The position numbers and the translations under genes were made by a program. From NCBI GenBank assembly GCA_030426805.1, contig JAUHXU010000001.1, positions 768,861 through 832,860 on the forward strand: DNA of 64,000 nucleotides, written 5' to 3'. Below, in pieces: positions 13,144 through 23,379 of the stretch (positions within the stretch are counted from its first letter, which is position 1; every line of letters starts with the position of its first letter). Under the pieces are notes generated by a model. The model did no database searches and had not been told where the DNA came from. It worked only from the letters and a program-made list of their open reading frames with translations. Source of the stretch: a bacterium. GTDB taxonomy: Bacteria; Planctomycetota; JAFGQW01.

Positions 13144-14082
13144 CTATGCGTCCGCGTTGCCGCCCGATACGACGACCGCGACCGTTTGGCCTGCGACGCG
13201 ATCGCGTTCGGCGAGGAGTGCCGCGAACGCGCACGCGCCCGACGGTTCGCAGACGACCTTGAGGCGGTGCTCGATCAGGCGGCGGGCAGCGAGGATCGCG
13301 TCGTCGTCGACCGCGACGATCCGGTCGACGTGGCGCTGCAGGATCGCGAACGTGCGGTCGCAGAGCGGTGCGCGAAGGCCGTCGCATACGGTGGTGCCCG
13401 GTGGGTGCTCGACAATGTGTCCCGCTTCGAGGCCGCGCCGCGCATCGTCGGCCGCAGACGGTTCGGCACCGACGACCGACACCGACCGCCCGTCCGGCGC
13501 GAACCACGCGGCGGCGAGCGCGATCCCGGCCGCGAGCCCCCCACCGCTCACCGGCACGTAGATCGCGTCAACGTCGGGTGCGTCGTCCAGGATCTCGAGG
13601 CCGACGGTCGCCTGGCCCATGATCGTGTGGTCGTGATCGTACGGCGGGATCTCGATCGCGCCGGTCTCGGCGATGATCCGCTCGACGGTCGCGTGGCGCG
13701 CCGCAATCGTCGGCTCGCACAACACGACGGTCGCGCCGTATGCGCGCGCCGCCTCCTGCTTCACGCGCGGCGCGGTCTCCGGCATCACGACGTGCGCCGC
13801 GATCCCGTGCTCCCGCGCGACGAGCGCGACCGCCTGGGCGTGGTTGCCGCTGGAATGACACACGACGCCCCGGGCGCGTTCGTCCGGCCCCAGCCGGCTC
13901 ACGACATTCGAGGCGCCGCGCACCTTGAACGCACCGGCGCGCTGGAAGCTCTCGCACTTGAAGACGAGCCTGCAACCGGCGATATCGTCGAGCGTCTGCG
14001 ATCGCAGGCTCGGCGTCCGGTGCACCATCGACGCGATCCGCTCGCGCGTCTCGATCAGGTCATCGGGTCGAATGTCGGTCAT
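13144..14082 (-). CDS. PLP-dependent threonine/serine dehydratase family enzyme (fold-type II; threonine ammonia-lyase or serine racemase-like)
   Basis: 312 aa. PLP-lysine motif ESFQRAGAFKVRGA and glycine-rich SSGNHAQAVALVAR and VSGGGLAAG loops. Confidence 0.8.
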   Translation of the reverse strand: MTDIRPDDLIETRERIASMVHRTPSLRSQTLDDIAGCRLVFKCESFQRAGAFKVRGASNVVSRLGPDERARGVVCHSSGNHAQAVALVAREHGIAAHVVMPETAPRVKQEAARAYGATVVLCEPTIAARHATVERIIAETGAIEIPPYDHDHTIMGQATVGLEILDDAPDVDAIYVPVSGGGLAAGIALAAAWFAPDGRSVSVVGAEPSAADDARRGLEAGHIVEHPPGTTVCDGLRAPLCDRTFAILQRHVDRIVAVDDDAILAARRLIEHRLKVVCEPSGACAFAALLAERDRVAGQTVAVVVSGGNADA

Positions 14083-14155
14083 CTCGGCGTTCCGCGAAGT
14101 TTGGTATCCTGGCGCGATCCCGCAACCTTAGCTCCGTCCGGAGGCGAGTCGACCC

Positions 14156-15235
14156 GTGATCCGTATTGTGCCGTTGCTCCTCGCGTTCGTCTCCCTCCTC
14201 GCGCCGGCGCAGGATGGAATCGGCCCGCTCGTCCCGATCGACGCGATCACCGAAGTCGTCGAGCGGGCTCGGACCGAGCAGGCCATTCCGGGCGTGCAGG
14301 TCGCGATCGGCCTCGACGGCCGCCTCGTCTTCGAGATGGGCTTCGGCAAGGCCGACGTCGAGAACGACGTCGCCACCTCGCACCACACGCGATTCCGCAC
14401 CGCGTCGATCGCCAAGCCGATGACCGCGGTCGCGGTGATGCAACTCGTCGAACAGGGGAAGCTCGACATCGACGCGACAGTCGAGGGCCTGATCGAGGGG
14501 TGGCCGAAGAAGCCGTGGCCGATCAAGGTCCGCCAGCTCCTCTGCCACACCGGCGGCATCCGGCACTACAAGCGCCGTGGCGAAGCGACCGGCACGCGCC
14601 ACTACCGATCGCTCGCGGCGACGCTGCGCCTCTTCGCGAACGACAAGCTCGTCGCGGAGCCCGGCACGAAGTTCCGCTACACGACCTACGGCTACACGCT
14701 GCTCGGCCTCGCGGTGGAAGCCGGGAGCGGGCTCACGTTCGAGGACTACATGACGCGCCACGTGTGGGCAAAGGCGAAGATGCAACACACGTGCGTCGAC
14801 CACACGCTGCGCCTCGTGCCGAACCGCGCACGCGGCTACCAGCGCGCGCCGAAAGCGCTGCGCGAGTCGATGCCGGTGATTCCGGCGATGCTCCACGACA
14901 CGAGCATGAAGATCCCGGGCGGTGGCTTTCGCTCGACCGCGGGCGATCTCGTCCGCTTCGCGAACGCGATCCTCGACGGCACGCTCGTGCGCGACGAGAC
15001 GCGCGAGCAGATGTTCACCGCGCAGCGCCTCACCGACGGCAAGCCGCTTCGCTACGGCTTGGGCTTCTCGATCGGCAAGACGCTGGTCGCACACAGCGGC
15101 GGCCAGGCCGGCACCGCGTGCCTGCTGCAGATCGACCCGAAGACCCGCGTCGTCGTCGCGGTGATGACGAACCTGCGCGGCGCGAAGCTCGGCCCGCTCG
15201 CGAAGGCGATCCGCGCAACGGTGACGAAGCGATGA
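14156..15235 (+). CDS. Secreted serine hydrolase, beta-lactamase/transpeptidase-like (class C-type fold)
   Basis: Signal peptide (V/M)IRIVPLLLAFVSLLAPAQ. S-x-x-K active-site motif FRTASIAKPMTAV and a YxN-like region. Confidence 0.75.
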   Translation: MIRIVPLLLAFVSLLAPAQDGIGPLVPIDAITEVVERARTEQAIPGVQVAIGLDGRLVFEMGFGKADVENDVATSHHTRFRTASIAKPMTAVAVMQLVEQGKLDIDATVEGLIEGWPKKPWPIKVRQLLCHTGGIRHYKRRGEATGTRHYRSLAATLRLFANDKLVAEPGTKFRYTTYGYTLLGLAVEAGSGLTFEDYMTRHVWAKAKMQHTCVDHTLRLVPNRARGYQRAPKALRESMPVIPAMLHDTSMKIPGGGFRSTAGDLVRFANAILDGTLVRDETREQMFTAQRLTDGKPLRYGLGFSIGKTLVAHSGGQAGTACLLQIDPKTRVVVAVMTNLRGAKLGPLAKAIRATVTKR

Positions 15236-15774
15236 GCGACGCCCCGCGCCTGCTGCTCGTCGACGGCGACGACCGCGTCGTCGGCTTCGAGGATGCGTGG
15301 ACGTGCCATCGCGACCACGGACGCTTGCACCGTGCGTTCTCCGTCTACTTGTTCGACCGCGACGACCGCCTGCTCGTCCAGCGCCGCGCCGCGCCGAAGC
15401 CGTTGTGGCCCGGCCACTGGTCGAACTCGTGTTGCAGCCACCCGGTCGAGGACGAGGCGCTCGAGGAGACCATCGCGCGCCGCCTCGCGGAAGAACTCGG
15501 CATCGACGCGGGCGCGATCGAGCGGCTCGACCATCTGTTCGTCTTCCGCTACCACGCGCGTTTCGAGCCGGTGGGGCTCGAATACGAGTCGTGCCACGTG
15601 TTCGCCGGCCGATACGACGGCCCGGTGAAACCCGATGCGGCCGAGGTGGACGGCTGGCGCTTCCTGTCGCGCGACGCGCTCGACCGCGAAGTCGCAGCCG
15701 CCCCCTACCGCTTCACGCCGTGGTTCCGCTACGGCTACCCGCTCGTGTTCGGCCGGCTCGCCGACGTCGACTGA
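15232..15774 (+). CDS. idi: Isopentenyl-diphosphate delta-isomerase, type 1 (Nudix)
   Basis: ATG overlaps the upstream stop (ATGA). Diagnostic type-1 IDI motif WPGHWSNSCCSHP and Nudix E-rich segment EEALEETIARRLAEELGI. Confidence 0.88.
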   Translation: MSDAPRLLLVDGDDRVVGFEDAWTCHRDHGRLHRAFSVYLFDRDDRLLVQRRAAPKPLWPGHWSNSCCSHPVEDEALEETIARRLAEELGIDAGAIERLDHLFVFRYHARFEPVGLEYESCHVFAGRYDGPVKPDAAEVDGWRFLSRDALDREVAAAPYRFTPWFRYGYPLVFGRLADVD

Positions 15775-16982
15775 CCCCGCTCGACGGCGATCGCCCGCTC
15801 GATCGCCGCGACGGCACGATCGACCTCCGCCTCGGTGTGGTAGTGGAGGAACGACGCGCGAACGACGCCGCCCACCGCGTCGAGGCCGAGCCGATCGATC
15901 AAGCGCTTCGCGTAGAAGTGCCCGTAGCGGACCGCGACCCGCTCGCGTTCGAGGTGCGGCGGCATCCGGTCCGACGCAACACCGTCGACGACGAAGCTCA
16001 CCGTCGAGAGGCGTCGCTCGCGATCCGGTTCGGCCGGACCGATCACCGATACGCCGGGGATCGCGACGAGCCCGGCGAGGAACCGCGCCTGCAACGTCGC
16101 CTCGCGCTGAACGATCCCGCCCCATCCCCCGTCGAGCCCACGGACGTAGGCAGGAATCGCGACGAGCGACGCGACCGCCTCGTAGTTGACGTTGCCCGGC
16201 TCGAGCACCGCGGGAAACGCCTGACCGATGAACTCGTGGTTCTGCGACGCGAGCAGCGCCTGCCGGTCTCGACGGACGAACAGCGACGCGACGTGCGGTC
16301 CGAACACCTTGTAGAGACTGGTCACGTAAAAATCGACGTCCCACGCACCGACGTCGACCCGCCCGTGCGGCGCAAAGGCGACGCCATCGACGCAGAGCAT
16401 CGCCCCGCGCTCGTGGATGAACGACGCGTAGTCGGTCACGGGATGGATCGCGCCCAGCACGTTGGACGCGTGGGTGAAGCACACCAACCGCGTCCGATCG
16501 CCCATCAACGGCGCGAGATCGTCGAGTTCGAGCCGCCACGACTCGGTGGACACCGGCCACGTCCGAATCGTGATGCCGAGCGACGCGAGGCGTCGCCACG
16601 GGCCGATGTTCGCCTCGTGATCGACGTCGGTGACGATGATCTCGTCGCCCGGTCGGATCGCGTGGGCGCCGGGCCCGCCGAGCGCGAGCGCGAGGCGCGA
16701 GAGCAACTCGGTCGACGACGCGCCGAGCGCGACGTCGGCGACGGCGGCGCCGAGCAGATCCGCCGCCGCCGCGCGTCCGGCGGCAACGCGCGCCGCGGCG
16801 GCCTCCGACAGCGCATAGCTCGCGCCGAGCTGCACGTTCGTCGTGCGGAGGTAGTCGGCGATCGCGTCGACGCACGCGCCGAGGATCTGCGATCCGCCCG
16901 CGCTGTCGAACGTCACCCAGTCGGTCGCGAGCCCGGGAAAGCACTCGCGCACGGCCGCAAAGTCTCGGTCGAGGGGGTTCAT
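15735..16982 (-). CDS. Class V aminotransferase / cysteine desulfurase family PLP enzyme
   Basis: 415 aa. Fold-type I motifs (FDSAGGSQI..., ...HASNVLGAIHPV...) and PLP-lysine context TSLYKVFGPHVASL. The 3' end overlaps the idi 3' end convergently by about 40 nt. Confidence 0.7.
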   Translation of the reverse strand: MNPLDRDFAAVRECFPGLATDWVTFDSAGGSQILGACVDAIADYLRTTNVQLGASYALSEAAAARVAAGRAAAADLLGAAVADVALGASSTELLSRLALALGGPGAHAIRPGDEIIVTDVDHEANIGPWRRLASLGITIRTWPVSTESWRLELDDLAPLMGDRTRLVCFTHASNVLGAIHPVTDYASFIHERGAMLCVDGVAFAPHGRVDVGAWDVDFYVTSLYKVFGPHVASLFVRRDRQALLASQNHEFIGQAFPAVLEPGNVNYEAVASLVAIPAYVRGLDGGWGGIVQREATLQARFLAGLVAIPGVSVIGPAEPDRERRLSTVSFVVDGVASDRMPPHLERERVAVRYGHFYAKRLIDRLGLDAVGGVVRASFLHYHTEAEVDRAVAAIERAIAVERGQSTSASRPNTSG

Positions 16983-17020
16983 TCCCCCCTTCTACCGCGT
17001 CGCGACCCGGCGGTCACGCG

Positions 17021-19777
17021 TCAGCGGACGTAGTTGCCGGCGTCGCCCTGCAGGTTGCCGTCGGCGTCGATCCACGCGTTGAGCACGATGCCGGTCGTCG
17101 GATCGGTCAGGCGGCGGATCAGACGCGCACCGAGCGGGCCCGCGAGCCGCGGGTTCCGCGCGCCGTCGCGCATCACCGGCCCGATCGCCGGGTTGCGCAG
17201 CGCGTGGTTGCTCGACGCGGTCTCGGCGCCGGTCGCATCGACGATCTTGTCCAGGTTGTAGACGACGTTGTTCAGGTCGAACTGCGCCGCCGGCGCGGTG
17301 CCGGTTCCGCCCTTGCGGTTGTTGTCGTTGTCGAGCGGGTTGACCGGGAAGCCGTCCTTGTCGAACAGGAACAGCCCGCTGCCGAGGCCAGCGACCATGT
17401 GCACCCACATCGGCGACTCCATGTGGTTGCCCGGGTTCTTGCCGATGTGGTCGCGCAGCATGTTGAAGTCGAGGCTCGAGAAGTCGTCGTTCGCCATCGC
17501 CGCGCGGAACGCGTTGTACTGCGTGCCGTAGGTCTGCAAGCCGGTGTTCGTCAGGTGGCACGCGGCGCAGTAACGCGGCCCCTCGTCGGTCGGCGTGACC
17601 TTGCCGCGGATCGAGTGGGCCATGATCACGTTGTGCGACAGCGACGGGAAGCGGCCGGTGTTGCCCTGGCCGTTGCGATCGCTGAACGCGAACGTCTGCG
17701 ACTCGGTGTTGTTCCGGTCGTGCCACGTGAAGAACATCTTCGTGTTGGCGCACGTCTGGTGAATCTTGCCGTCGGCGCCCACCGCGAGCTGGAACGGCAC
17801 CGGGGACTGGTAGACGAAGTCGGCTTCCTTCTCGCGGAAGACGATCCGATCACCCGTGATGTTGCTGAAGTTGTTGCCGGTGTTGTATTCACCCTCGAGG
17901 TGGCAGCCCATGCACGTGTTCGTCCATGCGGAGTGGCACGACTGACACGTCATCGTGTCGGCGTGGCTGAAGCCGCTCAGCGGCGCACCCGTCTGCTGCG
18001 GACCGATGCCGGTCTGCGAGTTGCCGTCGGCGCGCCCCATCGCGAACGACGCCTTCGGGCTGTAGATCGGCGTGTTCGTGAACGGGTTTCGGCGGCCGGA
18101 GTCGACGACCGTATCACGCGTCTGCACGACGTAGTGCCGCTTGCCGGTCAGCTTGCTCGTCATGTAGAAGTGACCGTCCGGCTCCTTGACGACGTGTGCG
18201 AGCGGGTTGCCCTTGTCGTCCACCGCGACCTCGGCCGGGTTGCCGTTGAGATCGACGCCCTGGACCGTCGCCGCGTAGCCGTCGGCGGTGCCGTGGCACG
18301 AGACGCACTGGATCGACGTCGCGTGCTCCATCCGGCTCGCGATGTTGCTGCGCGGGTCGTTCACGTTGCCGCCGTGGAGGTCGTAGCTCCCGTGGCAGTC
18401 GATGCAGCCCATGCCCGCGTCGTAGTGCACGTCGGCCGGCGTGTCGTCGCGGCCGTCCCCGTCGTAGTCCTCGAACAGGATGTACTGGTTCGCGTTTCGC
18501 CCGTTGAACGTCCGGTTGCCGACGGCCGGGTCGAACAGGCGCGTGTCGTTCGCCGTGTTGCGGAACGCGACCGGCTGCGCCGGATACTGGTGGCGACGGC
18601 GCAGATCCTGGTTCTGATCGAGCCGGATGCCCCAATACTGCATCACGGTGCGGTTGGAGCCCTGGTGGCAGCCCGCGCACGTGTAGTCGTCGATGCCTTC
18701 GACCGTCTGGTTGTTCGGCAGCGTCCGCTTGACGCTGCGGATCCGGTGCGCGCGGACGTGCGCGAGTTCCGGCGGGTCGATGTCGTCGGGGTCGACCGGC
18801 TCGAGCTTGTTGACGTTCGGGTCGCGGCTGCGACTCTTGCCGTCGAGGCTGTACGGCATGTGGCACGCCGTGCAGCCCGACGAGCGGAAGTCGCCGTAGC
18901 GGTTGTTCGCCCCGGCGCTGCCCAAGTGGCAGTCGCCGCACGTGAACGCGACCTGCTCGTGGTAGAGGTGCGCCAGCGGCGAGTCGGTCGTGACGCGGTT
19001 GTCCGCCTCGAGATACTGCGGCAGGTTCGCCGAGTCGTAGGCGGGGTTGTTGAAGATCTGGTTCGGCCCGGTTTGGCGCTGGCTGTAGACCGGGAACTCG
19101 ATCAGCTCCCCGACGGTCCCGAAGCGCGTCGGGTCGATCTGGAACGACGGATCGACGACCGCGCGGAACGACATGTCGGCCGCGGTGTTCTCGTAGAGCC
19201 CGACGTTCTGCGACACCTTGTTGTCGGCACCCGCAGCGTACAACGCGCCGGAGAAGATCCCCGTCGCCGTCGCGAGCGTGCTGCCGGCGACCTTGTCCGC
19301 GTGCGGGAGGTGGCACTGCCCGCAGCCGCGCGCCTGCGTCGCGACGCGGAGGTCACCCGGGTTGATGAACTGCAGGTAGTCGAGCGCGGTGTAGGACCGG
19401 CCGCCGGCGGTGTAGTCCGCGACCTTGTCGAGCCCCGTCAGCGTGAGGCGGTTGAAGTAGGCCGTGCGGTTGTTGCGCCAGTTGTTGCGGTCACCGATCT
19501 CCGGCGGCGGCGGCACGTGGCTCGAGTCCTTGTCGGTGCCGTTCGGGTTGCCGCCGTGGCACGTCACGCAGCGCAGCTGGTCGGCACCGGGGAACGGGTG
19601 CGGGTTCTCGAGGCCGGGTCCCGCGTAGTCGTGCTCGAGTGATCCGTTGTGGCACTTCATGCACGACGAGGCCGCGGCCGCGACGTCGACGCGGTTGCCG
19701 GAGTCCCCGCACCCGGTCGCGACGAGCGCGAGCGCAGCAGCGAGCATGAAACGCAACGTGAGTTGAACCGGTGCCAT
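17021..19777 (-). CDS. Multiheme c-type cytochrome lipoprotein with 11 CxxCH motifs (candidate outer-surface electron-transfer cytochrome)
   Basis: 918 aa. Lipoprotein signal MAPVQLTLRFMLAAALALVATGC. CxxCH motifs: CMKCH, CVTCH, CGQCH, CGDCH, CTACH, CAGCH, CIDCH, CVSCH, CQSCH, CMGCH, CAACH. Confidence 0.85.
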   Translation of the reverse strand: MAPVQLTLRFMLAAALALVATGCGDSGNRVDVAAAASSCMKCHNGSLEHDYAGPGLENPHPFPGADQLRCVTCHGGNPNGTDKDSSHVPPPPEIGDRNNWRNNRTAYFNRLTLTGLDKVADYTAGGRSYTALDYLQFINPGDLRVATQARGCGQCHLPHADKVAGSTLATATGIFSGALYAAGADNKVSQNVGLYENTAADMSFRAVVDPSFQIDPTRFGTVGELIEFPVYSQRQTGPNQIFNNPAYDSANLPQYLEADNRVTTDSPLAHLYHEQVAFTCGDCHLGSAGANNRYGDFRSSGCTACHMPYSLDGKSRSRDPNVNKLEPVDPDDIDPPELAHVRAHRIRSVKRTLPNNQTVEGIDDYTCAGCHQGSNRTVMQYWGIRLDQNQDLRRRHQYPAQPVAFRNTANDTRLFDPAVGNRTFNGRNANQYILFEDYDGDGRDDTPADVHYDAGMGCIDCHGSYDLHGGNVNDPRSNIASRMEHATSIQCVSCHGTADGYAATVQGVDLNGNPAEVAVDDKGNPLAHVVKEPDGHFYMTSKLTGKRHYVVQTRDTVVDSGRRNPFTNTPIYSPKASFAMGRADGNSQTGIGPQQTGAPLSGFSHADTMTCQSCHSAWTNTCMGCHLEGEYNTGNNFSNITGDRIVFREKEADFVYQSPVPFQLAVGADGKIHQTCANTKMFFTWHDRNNTESQTFAFSDRNGQGNTGRFPSLSHNVIMAHSIRGKVTPTDEGPRYCAACHLTNTGLQTYGTQYNAFRAAMANDDFSSLDFNMLRDHIGKNPGNHMESPMWVHMVAGLGSGLFLFDKDGFPVNPLDNDNNRKGGTGTAPAAQFDLNNVVYNLDKIVDATGAETASSNHALRNPAIGPVMRDGARNPRLAGPLGARLIRRLTDPTTGIVLNAWIDADGNLQGDAGNYVR

Positions 19778-19878
19778 CGGTGCTTCTCCCGATGCCTACA
19801 TCGGCGCCACCCTGCAGAAGCTGAGCCGATTTCTTTTCTTACGGGAGTTGCGTATCCCGTGTCTCGATCTGACCCCCG

Positions 19879-19908
19879 TTGACACGCCCCCCGACATTCC
19901 CGTACGAT
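19879..19908 (+). promoter_or_regulatory. Sigma-70-like promoter TTGACA-N18-TACGAT reading toward the 20012 gene
   Basis: Consensus -35 TTGACA (19879-19884) and near-consensus -10 TACGAT (19903-19908) in a locally AT-richer intergenic region. GGGAGAG RBS lies just before the ATG at 20012. Confidence 0.45.
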
Positions 19909-20011
19909 CCGGGCTGGACAAGTGTGGGACACCGGCAGACCCGGCCGCGGTCGATGAGCGCCACGGCGGCGCTCGCTGCACACATGAATCGAGAGTTTCT
20001 TAGGGAGAGTA

Positions 20012-20944
20012 ATGAAGATGCGTCAACGCCTGATGACCGTCGCACTCGCGACCCTGGTCGGCACCGCCGCCGCCCAGAACCAGCCGTGGATCGACCTCGA
20101 GGCGAACCGGACGACGACGTTCAACTCGTCGTCGACACGAGGCCTCCAGTGCACCGCCCCGATCGACTTCACCGTCGTCGGCGTCGAGGTGCCGGACCCG
20201 AACAACCAAGGTCGCCAGTCGGTCGCGGTGTTCAGGATGACCGCCAAGGCGCCCGCGTTCAGCGCCAGCACGATGCTGACACCGGACTTTGCGGCGATCG
20301 ACGTCGCGTCGGGCTCGATCATTCCGGTCTCCCCGCCGGTGACGATCCAAGGCAGCCAGGGCGAGTGGCTCGGCGTGCTCGGCGCGTGCAACACGGGTCC
20401 CGGCGCGACGATGAACAACGTCTACGCGGCGAACTCTGGCGTCTGGATGAACGGCCGGATCGGGGGCAATACGGTCCCGGTCTACCGCTTCCTGACGCAG
20501 TCGAACTTGTCGACCCTCGGCACCACGGTCGTCGCGTCGAGCGAGGACGCGGGCTTCGTCAGCAACGTCCACGTCTACATCGTCGCGCACGGCGTCGACA
20601 ACGCAGCGCCCAACCCGGGCAACACGGTCACGCTGACGTGCGAGGCGGGCGCCGAGGCGACCTCCGGCCAGTACATCTGCGCCCTGTCGCTCGGCACCGG
20701 TCCGATCGTGCTTCCGTTCGGTTCGATCGGCCTTTCGCCGGACGGGCTGTTCCTGATTACCGCGCAGAACCTGATCCCCACGATCTTCTCGAACAGCCAG
20801 AGCCTGCTCGACGGCAATGGTGAGGGCCAGCCGCAGGTGAACATCCCGAACATCCCGGCGCTGATCGGCACGTCGATCTACTCGACGTTCATCACCCTCC
20901 CGAGCCTGACGATCGCGTCCACGAGTTCGTTCAAGATCTCGTAG
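20012..20944 (+). CDS. Secreted hypothetical protein with the shared C-terminal domain
   Basis: Signal peptide MKMRQRLMTVALATLVGTAAAQ. C-terminal ...LGTGPIVLPFGSIGLSPDGLFLITAQN...LLDGNGEGQPQVNIPNIPALIGTSIYSTFITLPSLTIASTSSFKIS aligns with the other tails. Confidence 0.7.
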   Translation: MKMRQRLMTVALATLVGTAAAQNQPWIDLEANRTTTFNSSSTRGLQCTAPIDFTVVGVEVPDPNNQGRQSVAVFRMTAKAPAFSASTMLTPDFAAIDVASGSIIPVSPPVTIQGSQGEWLGVLGACNTGPGATMNNVYAANSGVWMNGRIGGNTVPVYRFLTQSNLSTLGTTVVASSEDAGFVSNVHVYIVAHGVDNAAPNPGNTVTLTCEAGAEATSGQYICALSLGTGPIVLPFGSIGLSPDGLFLITAQNLIPTIFSNSQSLLDGNGEGQPQVNIPNIPALIGTSIYSTFITLPSLTIASTSSFKIS

Positions 20945-21008
20945 CGCCGTCTCGACGGAGAACCACGACGCCGGCACCCCTCGCGGGTGTCGGCGTTTTT
21001 TCGTCGCG

Positions 21009-21668
21009 TCAGCGGACCGACACCTGGTCCCAGCGCGTCGGCATGTGGCAGCGGTCGCAGCGGTCGACGAGTCCCAAGTTGATGTGCGGCGGGTTCGTGG
21101 CTCGCTGCAGATCGTCGCGGTGACAGGTCACACACTCGTTGTCGACCGGCTGGAACGTCCCGACCCAGCCACCGGGGTGGCAGCGGTGGCACGCCGTGTG
21201 CGCGTGGGCGCCGGTGAGCGGGAATCGCGTCCGCGAGTGCATCTCGATCATCCCGACCGGTTGCCACGTCGACTCCTGGTGACAGCGCGTGCACGTGGAA
21301 CCGAGTGCGCCCTGGTGCACGTCCTCGTGGCAGCCCGCGCAGCCCTTCGCCGCGAAGACCCGCACCGGCCCGCGATCGTTGTGGCAGCGCAGGCATCGGG
21401 CGTTCGCGTGCGCCCCCTCGAGTGCGACCCCGGTCTCTTTCTCGTGGTCGAACGCGAAGTCGTCGCGCAACGTCTCCCAGTCGTCGCCGACGTGGCAGAG
21501 GCTGCAGTCGGCGGGAAAATTCTCGTGTGGCAGCACCGGTCCGAGGCCGGCCCACCAGCGGTGCAGGCCGCTGCTGCGGACGCCCTGCGTCACGCACGCG
21601 GCGATCACGAGCGGCGCGACGAGTGCGAGCAGCGTCGCGCGGGCGCGAAACGAGGGGCGCTCGGACAC
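21009..21668 (-). CDS. Heptaheme c-type cytochrome (probable periplasmic lipoprotein), last gene of the cytochrome/porin operon
   Basis: 219 aa. Signal peptide with possible lipobox LVIAAC. Seven CxxCH motifs: CSLCH, CLRCH, CAGCH, CTRCH, CHRCH, CVTCH, CDRCH. Confidence 0.8.
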   Translation of the reverse strand: MSERPSFRARATLLALVAPLVIAACVTQGVRSSGLHRWWAGLGPVLPHENFPADCSLCHVGDDWETLRDDFAFDHEKETGVALEGAHANARCLRCHNDRGPVRVFAAKGCAGCHEDVHQGALGSTCTRCHQESTWQPVGMIEMHSRTRFPLTGAHAHTACHRCHPGGWVGTFQPVDNECVTCHRDDLQRATNPPHINLGLVDRCDRCHMPTRWDQVSVR

Positions 21669-21669
21669 G

Positions 21670-23376
21670 TCAGAAGCTCCTCTGCAGGAAGAACCCGAAC
21701 GACACCGACGTATCGCGATCGAAGAAGACGGTGTCGAGGTAGACCGACCCGTCCCAACCGCGCCCGAACGAGAGCCCCCCGCTCGCCCGCACGCGGTGCT
21801 GGACCAGATCGTTCAACCGATCATCGAAGCCGACCTGATGGCGGTTGGAGAACTCGTAGAAGAGCTCCCACCGCCCCGTCGCTCCGATGCGACCGTAGCT
21901 GATTCGACCGCCCGCGTCACTCTCGAAATCGGCGAGTGTGCCGAATGCGGTCAGGTCCAAACGGTCGCCGCCGGCGAACACGTCGAGGAACTCGAGCCCC
22001 GCCTCGGCGGCTCCGCCGGCGTCGTCCTCGTCGTTGAAGCCGCTGAGGCTGCCGTGGAACCGCGTCGAGTCGCCGAGCCCGAACCACCCCTCCAGCGCGA
22101 GCCGATCGTAGTGGTTGCGATCGATGTCGCGCGCGTCGGGCGGCAGGTAAGCGGTGCGCAGCAGCTCGGGGAACCGGTAGCGCGTGTAGACGAGGTCGAG
22201 TTCGTCGCCGTTGTCGAAGCGCCGTCCGATCGACGCGACCGCCTGCGTCAGTTCGACGCCGTCCTTCAGTTGATCGCGTCCGTAGTAGACGTCGATCCAC
22301 GTCGTCGCCCGCATCTCCCAGCCGTCGAGCGGGATCGAGCGCACCTTCGCGACGATCAGATCCCGGTCGCTCTTGCCGTGGTGCCACGTCTTCTGCAGGC
22401 CGGCGGTGATCGTCAGCTGCTCGTGGACGTCGGACGTCCACTGGTAGAACGCCGAGACCTGGAAGTCGGCGCCCGTCTCGAAGTCGTCGGTCGGCTCCGG
22501 GAGGAAGCCGATCGCGGCGCCGAACGACGACCGCTCGCCCCGGCGCATCCACTCGACGCCGTCGAGCACGCCGAACTCGGGCATGCCGACCGGCAGGAAG
22601 CGCCCGATCTCCCACCGCGCCTCGTCGAAGCGGGTGCCGCCGAGCGCGTACGACAAGCGCCGCGGGAGGATGTCGAGGCCGCTCTTGTCGTTCTGTTCCT
22701 TCTTGTAGTTGATCTCGGTGTCGAGCTGGAAGCGACCGCCGTAGCCGAACGCGTTGTCGACGTCGAGGGCCGTGCCGATGCGGAAGAACGAGTTCGCCCA
22801 CCCGTCGAACTCGGTGTGCGTCAGCGCGCCCGACGAGTAGATACGACCGGTGACCCGCCGCCGTCGGTCCTCCGGCTGCAGCGGTTTCACGCCCGCGAGC
22901 AACGGCATGCCCGGCTTGTAGGCGTCGTCCTTGTTCTCCCACGTGACCTTGACACCGGGTGCGTTCGCACCGGCCGACGGCTCGGCCGGTTTCGGCTCCT
23001 GGGGGACGGGCTCGGCGGGCTTCGGGTCAGGCTCGGACGGCCGCACGACGCGCTCGGCCCGCGCTCGCGGGATGCGAACCTCGCCGCGCATGCCGACCGT
23101 CGGCTTCAGCCCCGGATCGGTGACCTCGACGACCGCGCTCCGTTCGTCCACCCGCACGACGACGCCCGCGTAGCGGCCACCCGAGCGCGGGAAGAAGTGG
23201 ACGAGATCGCCCCCCGCGACCTTGTCACGCGCACCACGGTCGACGACGACGGTCCGCTCCTGCCCGACCGACGTGATCCGCAGACGGACGCGCCGATACG
23301 GATCGTCTTGCGCGGACGCCACCGTCACGGACGAGCAGGCGAGCGCGCAGAGCAGGAGCAGGCCGACGAGTCGCAC
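21670..23376 (-). CDS. Outer-membrane beta-barrel (porin-like) protein, candidate porin of a porin-cytochrome conduit
   Basis: 568 aa. Signal peptide MRLVGLLLLCALACSSVTVASAQ. N-terminal soluble domain plus Pro/Glu-rich linker (PKPAEPVPQEPKPAEP), then alternating amphipathic strands rich in G/Y/F/W/D, and a C-terminal ...FGFFLQRSF (terminal Phe). One-nt gap to the next gene. Confidence 0.7.
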   Translation of the reverse strand: MRLVGLLLLCALACSSVTVASAQDDPYRRVRLRITSVGQERTVVVDRGARDKVAGGDLVHFFPRSGGRYAGVVVRVDERSAVVEVTDPGLKPTVGMRGEVRIPRARAERVVRPSEPDPKPAEPVPQEPKPAEPSAGANAPGVKVTWENKDDAYKPGMPLLAGVKPLQPEDRRRRVTGRIYSSGALTHTEFDGWANSFFRIGTALDVDNAFGYGGRFQLDTEINYKKEQNDKSGLDILPRRLSYALGGTRFDEARWEIGRFLPVGMPEFGVLDGVEWMRRGERSSFGAAIGFLPEPTDDFETGADFQVSAFYQWTSDVHEQLTITAGLQKTWHHGKSDRDLIVAKVRSIPLDGWEMRATTWIDVYYGRDQLKDGVELTQAVASIGRRFDNGDELDLVYTRYRFPELLRTAYLPPDARDIDRNHYDRLALEGWFGLGDSTRFHGSLSGFNDEDDAGGAAEAGLEFLDVFAGGDRLDLTAFGTLADFESDAGGRISYGRIGATGRWELFYEFSNRHQVGFDDRLNDLVQHRVRASGGLSFGRGWDGSVYLDTVFFDRDTSVSFGFFLQRSF

Positions 23377-23379
23377 GCG

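Noticed and set aside
13186-15774. 862-aa + ORF spanning several genes
   Set aside because: Only its last 181 codons (15232..15774) are real (idi). The upstream portion runs antisense or through other genes in an alternate frame.
17204-19642. 812-aa + strand ORF
   Set aside because: Antisense of the 11-heme cytochrome gene, with compositional junk.
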